Shown here in pieces: positions 56,937 to 64,000 of a DNA stretch of 64,000 nucleotides (position 1 is its first letter; every line of letters begins with the position of its first letter). Under the pieces are notes generated by a model that did no database searches, was not told where the DNA came from, and saw nothing but the letters and a program-made list of their open reading frames with translations. The DNA is from Eledone cirrhosa (lineage: Eukaryota): contig OZ024746.1 in assembly GCA_964016885.1 (NCBI GenBank), positions 83,948,001 to 84,012,000 on the forward strand, read 5' to 3'. A program made the position numbers and the translations under genes.

Positions 56937-57495
56937 TTCAAGTATGTCGGGGCCGCGTTCATGAGTGATGGAAGGCAGGAGGCTGAATTAAGTGCAAGAA
57001 TTGCAGGAGCTGTTGCAGTAACGCACCAGCTTCAGCATTCGATCATTAGAAGAAGGGAGGTAGGTGTAAAAGCCAAACTTGCTATCTTCAATTCAGTATT
57101 CGTACCAACCCTTACCTATGGTCATGTATCTTAGGTAATGACCGAAATAATAGGATCGCGAATACAAGAGTCTCAGGAGTAGCGTTACTCGATAGAGTTG
57201 GTAGCTCGGAGATCAGAGAGTCGCCCCAGTTAGAACCCTACTTCTCAGAATTGAGAAATTACAGCTCCAATTCTATGGACATGTGGTTAGAATGCCTCAG
57301 GGAAGAACCCGCTGAACAGATTTTACGGGCAAAACCAACTGACAGGAGAGCCAGGAGATTATGTCGAACAAGGTTGTTGGATAACATCCATGAGCTCGTC
57401 TGGTCTCGTCTGGATCAATTGGAGACAGTTGCTTCTGGCAGGACCTGCTGGAAAGCGTGCTTGAGGACTTTGCCCCCACAACCTTTTTAGGAATA
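56937..57495 (+). mobile_element. 5'-truncated RTE-type LINE 3' fragment
   Basis: FKYVGAAFMSDG...AKLAIFNSVFVPTLTYG...ILRAKPT; same family as 8095-8519. Confidence 0.8.
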
Positions 57496-57579
57496 ATTGG
57501 GTCGTCAACTATGAAATTTGTAGAAAAAAAAAAAAAAAATTTCTACAAACTTCATACTTATAATAACAACAACAACAAC

Positions 57580-57625
<46 letters not shown>

Positions 57626-58384
57626 GTAATAATAATAATAATCTTAATCGCCTATCTTCAGTTCGAAGTCTAACAGTTTATCAGTGACTGAAAAATTCTT
57701 CGACTGTTTAACTTTCAATTATCCATTTTATATTTGAAAAATTTGCTCCTCACTTCCATACTCTTACACTTTATCATCCCCACCCTCGTCCTTATTGTCA
57801 CTAATTCACTCACATATTTCATTCTTCTTGTCTTTATCTGTCAAAGATGGTAGATATTCTTTAAGCTAGATCCTTCAGGGAAAACAGTGATGTATTCAAA
57901 AGTCGTACTCGACAGCCATCTTAGCAGGGAATCTAACTGAGTTGGTATACACAATGGCGTCATATACACCATTACACATATATTAAGACAGATACACAAC
58001 AATACACAACTATACACCTTCCACTACACATACTCCTCCACACATACCACTACGTATACAATTGTAGTTACATCACTACACAAAACTACATATACGCCAT
58101 ACACACCACTACCACACACACACAAGTAGACACACTCTAACTATACATACAGCTCTACACAAACAGTTACACATATCACAATACATACGCTATTATACAC
58201 ACCTATACATATAAGTACACACTCCAATCTATATACATGATACTACACAATTACACAACTATACTTATAAGTACATACGCACTTATATATACACAGCTAC
58301 TCATAAACTACTACACACATTACTACACATAAAACAACTATACAGAAAGATATACACATACACAAACACTCACACACACACACA

Positions 58385-58462
<78 letters not shown>

Positions 58463-58669
58463 AAGAGTGGCACAGTCATCATGCTTCTCAGTTGATCGAA
58501 ATTTCTGGACGATATATTCAATGTTGATCGGAGCGATGTAAGCAACGGACAGTTTCGGTCTTTTACACGTTATCTCTTGGGCTAATGAGGGGAACATTCA
58601 CGCATTCATTTGACTTGCTGGTAATAGTAACCAAATCATATTTAAGTCTTTAAAAAATGCACATTAAAT

Positions 58670-58842
58670 AATTGTTTCTACTTTTGGCACAAAGCCAGCA
58701 ATTATCCCAGTGTATTACTGGTGCTTTATTTTATCGACCCCGAAAGGATGAAAGGCAAAGTTAACCTCGGCAGGATTTGAACTCAGACCGTAAAGGCCCG
58801 TAACTCTGTGTTGCAAAGCATGGCGTCCGACCCTCTACCGAT
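58670..58842 (-). mobile_element. SINE S1
   Basis: Consensus match. Confidence 0.9.
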
Positions 58843-58897
58843 GAAGAGATAATCAAGATTGACAAGAGTTAAAAAGCAGCAAATCTCGCGTTCTTTC

Positions 58898-58941
<44 letters not shown>

Positions 58942-60996
58942 CATCCCATCTCACTCATACACGTACAAATATACCCTATTACTCTCTCTTTCGTTCACAC
59001 ACATTGTCGCTCTCATTCTCGCTTTCCTTCTCTCACATACTCTCTCTGCCTCTCACACACACATAGGCACTTTCTCTCTCATACTCGTTCTTCCGCATAT
59101 ACAACTCTTTTCCCCATACACACGCACTATCACAACGTACATAGCCACGCACACAAACACACAAACACACACTTACATAAGTCACTTACACACACACATA
59201 CATATAAACGTATACTGATTTTTAAAATGTCATTTCGGTAAGGCATCATTTAATCATTTATATGTCAAATGCCCCCTACCCAATGACACACTCCATCAAC
59301 TCTCTATAACGATTGACCTATCTTTGAACTCTGTCATATTTTTCTCTTTGTCTTTTATACCAAAGATCTTGTTAATTGTATGTCAAACACACACGCCTTT
59401 CGCGACATAGGCAAGAACTTGACAGCCTCAACTTTTCATAGGCACGTGACCTCAGATATATGGGATGAAATAACATGGCTAACATTCAATAGATTTATCA
59501 AAGGTATAATGATATTAAACAAGGTAAATAGTGTCTAATCTCTTTATTTAACTGATTGATTTGTCAAAGTCCTTTCTCTATACGTCAATAGCTTTGTGAG
59601 GTTTTGGTTCTTATATATTGGTGATGGTGAATCCATGTTTGCAAGTTTGTGTATGTGAATGCGTAGAGAAGCATAGTCATGCCATGATGTTAGAATGTGA
59701 ATAAATCCCATTCTCACTCCCTCTTTCTCTGTATATATATATATAGATATATACACACACAGCTATTTCAAAATAACATTTATGAGCACAATACTGCTCC
59801 AAGGCCATTGTATTACTGCAATCGATATTGGAAGGAAAGTCTTGTTACCTTTAATATGTCCAGCCGAGGTCTGATTTAAAATGGTATCGTTATAGTATAT
59901 GATACAGACATATATTTAAGCAGTTATGTTTTAGGCATTTTCATTTTCCTTTCAATAACCTATCGTTGAATAAACGAACGTGAGAATCTCAACGTGGTAG
60001 TTCGACATGCTAGAATCAGCAGCCAAGCCAACACTTTCATCCTGGGTAAAGAAAAACACATTGGACACTGTAGTCATAAATACATAATGCCTCAGACAAT
60101 TACAAGATGCTCGTAGTAGGAACGTCTTGATCATACGTGAGAGTTGATTTGGGATTAAACAACAAAAGCTTAGCGTTGATGCTGTTGGTTTTGTTGTGGT
60201 TTAGTTCGATATACGATAAAAGGTGGCCCAGACATGACGATCCCATATTCGGGTCAAATATAGTGTATGTATAACTAAAATTATTCAAGATGTCTTTCAC
60301 TGTTTTAAAGATTGTAAGGTTTGATTTGAGAGATATTTAGCTAGAATTTCTCGTAGCTCTTAAGGTGCTCTCCCAGTGTTGTGTCATTTCATTGAATTAT
60401 TAAACTTCATGCTGTGTTTACTCAGTGTGGTGCCATATAGCATAGATTTCGGTTAGTTCTACTGAATCCTGAACCCACCCTAAACAAAACAAACATAGCT
60501 AATATCTGTTTCCTCTTCGTGATTTTCAAAGAAACTACTGACATATAAACTAACCAATGAAAATTATATGGTCACATAATATTATACACCACAATGACAA
60601 CAAAAAAAGCTAAGCTATCATTTCTATTTACTGTTTGCCAGCACTAAGGATTTTTGGTACGAAACTATGGCATGGACCCAATCTAATGAACATATTACTA
60701 AAAGTCACATATATAAGGACATGCAAACAGGTTAGTTTCGTACACGACTCTACAGAGCGAATGGTGACATACAACAGCACCAGTCAAAGGGGAGAATATA
60801 GATGGTTCCCCGTCATGCTAGTAATAGTTGCAAAACTTTATTGGTATCACATCTTATAATAACGAAGTTCTAGATATAATCGACTGCAAAAAAGACGAGA
60901 CCCTAGATTTCAAGTCGTAATTGGGATTCTTTCGGTCATAAGTCTACAAGATCAGGGCTGAACTGGGGCTAAACCTCATCATCAACAACCACAACA

Positions 60997-61034
<38 letters not shown>

Positions 61035-62323
61035 AACAGCAACAGCAGCAACAACAACAGCAGACATGTTTGTTTCTTATTCTCCTACAATTATTGTTAT
61101 GAAGCTCTCTCATGCTGACCTTTTCTCCTCTCTTATTTTCTCTCCTCTCACTTTCTCTCCATGCTTTCACCTCATTTTCGTTAACTGCCATTAGATTTCC
61201 ATGTGGCATCAATCTGTTAGCAGTAAATGAGACGAAATTACTCGCAGGACTTCCTTATTTTTCTTAACAGGTGTCATATGCAACAAACTACTGATACATT
61301 TTCTATTTAGCAAAGGCTGTAATTTTGTAAATATTATCTGTTGTTGATTTGTTTGTGTGAAGGAGGGATTCATTTATACTTGAGGCTATAAGCTTTGATG
61401 GGTTGTAGACAGAAGGGCTACCGCCTTGCTTAGAATCAGTAACAGAAAGTTCACTAAAGAGTGACGATGGCGAGATGGATTCCCCCGAAAAGGCAAAATG
61501 CCAAAAGAATGTGATGAACCAAAGATATGTCTCATTCGCCTTAATAGATATCTCATTCTATCGCAGAGAGAGAGAGAGAGGGGTAGGGAGGAAATATCGT
61601 GCCTAGTCCTATACTTAAAGAAAGAGCACACAGCATTCTATCCGACATTCTAACGACCCTGCCAATTTACTACCTTCTTAATATATTTACACGCACAAGA
61701 TTATAGCGGCAACCTCAAAGTGAGAGAGAATGGCTTGAACGGAGAAAAAAGTTCGTAAACATTTGGATTCTTTTTCACTGTATATTTTTTCAGACGAGAA
61801 TTAGCTCGTTAATCAGTATTCAATTTTCATTCCCTTTGGAATTACATAGTCTGGTTTCACAACTTATCTATTTGGCCCCAGATCAGACATGATTAATGAG
61901 ACCTATGATGAAAGACTTTCCAGTCATGATAACCCCGACTTGTTTTCAGAAAGTGTTTACATTTGAGTGCGTTATTCAATGCTGTCTCTCCTCCTTTTGA
62001 AATATGCCGTGGAGGGATTTCTTTTTAGATAGATTTCGCTGTTTGTTCTTGCAGATCGAACCACCACGTAGAAACTCTCATATTGGTTTCTTGATTTCAC
62101 GAAATCATATGAGGGTGTTAAATTTAGCCACAGGTTAAGTCTACTATCAAAATTATGTGCAGGATATATATATATGTATGTAAAAGGTAAACAGAAATAA
62201 CAACACAATCGGTACAGTATATGGAAGGTATATATTAGGTTAACGCTTGATATAGCAGGAAGAGGGTTTTAACGTTTCGGTAAGAAAGAATGAGTAATAA
62301 AATAGATTGAGAAGACGGGCGGG

Positions 62324-62400
<77 letters not shown>

Positions 62401-62401
62401 C

Positions 62402-62542
62402 ACGGCTATTTCCAGAAATAGCTGTCGAAACGGCTTGAGCTCTGCCGTCGGGGTCAAACATTTTCCTATTACCCACTCTACTACCCTAAGCACTGAGTAT
62501 TCTGGTGCGTTATGGTCCATCTGGTTCCTTACCACACCTTCG

Positions 62543-62546
<4 letters not shown>
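62402..62546 (+). mobile_element. Fold-back family A copy 6
   Basis: Mini hairpin acggctatttc-ca-gaaatagctgt, then cgaaacggc... and tail into (TA)n. Confidence 0.8.
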
Positions 62547-62612
<66 letters not shown>

Positions 62613-62620
<8 letters not shown>

Positions 62621-62751
62621 GTAAGGTTCTTTTTTTTTTTTGTTTTTTTTTTTTACAAAATGAAAAAGAACCGAGGTGTCGTACACGAGTGAAAGTATAA
62701 AGAAAAAAAGGATGAAATCGAAAATGCAACTGGAGTCTTATTTAAAAAAAA

Positions 62752-62752
<1 letters not shown>
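62613..62752 (-). mobile_element. Family B tail-only copy
   Basis: Reverse-complement homology to 8885-9006; (TA)n on both sides. Confidence 0.8.
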
Positions 62753-62782
<30 letters not shown>

Positions 62783-62799
62783 TATATATATATATAAAT

Positions 62800-62965
62800 A
62801 GATGGGTTATATACTAAATTATTGAGAAGAATTTTTAATATCAGCTGGAGAGATCATATATCCAACAGATAGCTATACCAAGGTCTGTCATAGCTATCGG
62901 ATACCATTCAGAAGAGAAGATTACGTTTTGCTGGGCATTGCCACACCACAGAGCTAGGGACCAAC
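62800..62965 (+). pseudogene. RTE LINE C-terminal relic
   Basis: WRDHISNR*LYQGLS*LSDTIQKRRLRFAGHCH. Confidence 0.6.
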
Positions 62966-63144
62966 ACATTTCTAAGCTTTTAATTTGGTCACCATCATGA
63001 GGACAGGAACGAAAATCTTTCCGAAATTGCTCAGATAGGGAGCTGGTATAAACTCTGATTCTGTAATCAAAGTCATGATGGGGGACAAAGACAGTTGGAG
63101 ACAGAGAATGAAAGATGTTATACTTTTGTCTGCGGACAGCTGAT

Positions 63145-63221
<77 letters not shown>

Positions 63222-64000
63222 AAGATAACTGTCAGAATTAATTTATGCTGATTTAGTGAATACATTTCAATAAATTTTTATAGTTTCGTTGTCAAGAAAA
63301 TTTTAGTTAAAATTCACAATCAATACAAAAAAAAAAAACAAAAAAAACTGATTCTAATGAATTCCGCACAGAAACGTCTGTGAGTTATTATTATTCAAAG
63401 TTAATACACTTTCGAAACTATAGCGGCAAGTCTCTATAATGCATTCCGTTGTTGGGTAGTACTAAAAACACATCATCCTTTTGCAGTGTATCCAGTGAAA
63501 AGCTCCTTGCTCTCTTCTTCTCTTGTTAACGAAACACTCATGGATTTTACAGCAACTCTGCTGTCTACAGTAGTTAATTGTTTCTACTATGTACATCTAG
63601 GTGGGCTGAGACTTTTAACATATAAGACTCTGAACACGAAGCTAGTATTGGTGACTATATACGTATTACCAACCATTCACTTAAATGTATGGTACTAATT
63701 CCATTCCGTTACCGCCAGTCTTCATCCTATTATTTAACCACAAAGAATGTCTATGGCGGGTGATTCATTAACTTACAGTGATCAGACTGGTTACATCCTT
63801 ATTTGAACTGATCTTTGCAAGTAAAACTTGTCTTAAATTTGTTACTGCTGGCCTAATGTTAAATTGTTTTGAATTAATCGACTTTTAACTGCAGAGTTAT
63901 GTAAAAACAAAAGCACACAAACACACACATGCACAAAAACATTACTCTCAACGAGATTTGAATTCAGAACAAAAAATACAAATGCCTCAGTTTTGTTGAA

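Overview
AT-rich eukaryotic non-coding DNA, intergenic or intronic, most likely from an octopus or other cephalopod. That assignment is inferred from the SINE family and the very high (TA)n/(CA)n/(GA)n content. No intact host protein-coding gene is recognisable, and nearly all tracked ORFs are microsatellite read-throughs. The window holds about 25 copies of a tRNA-derived SINE, decayed RTE, Jockey/CR1, CRE and R4-like LINE fragments, hAT and Chapaev3 transposase relics, several MITEs and a non-autonomous Helitron. The most notable signal is a set of non-coding elements embedded in (TA)n tracts that carry hammerhead ribozyme (HHR) motifs. (i) A 591-bp unit occurs in tandem (2 copies plus 35 bp, 14511-15727), each copy with a complete type I HHR on the minus strand. 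(ii) An apparently unrelated 604-bp unit has a 58-bp terminal redundancy (13469-14130) and its own type I HHR on the plus strand. Both use the U3:A8 core variant and an expanded helix II, so they are retrozyme-like candidate circular RNAs. (iii) Several families of asymmetric fold-back (palindrome plus tail) insertions resemble Penelope-like pseudo-LTR ends. One has a complete minimal HHR and others have half or degenerate motifs. All folds were derived by eye and activity is untested.
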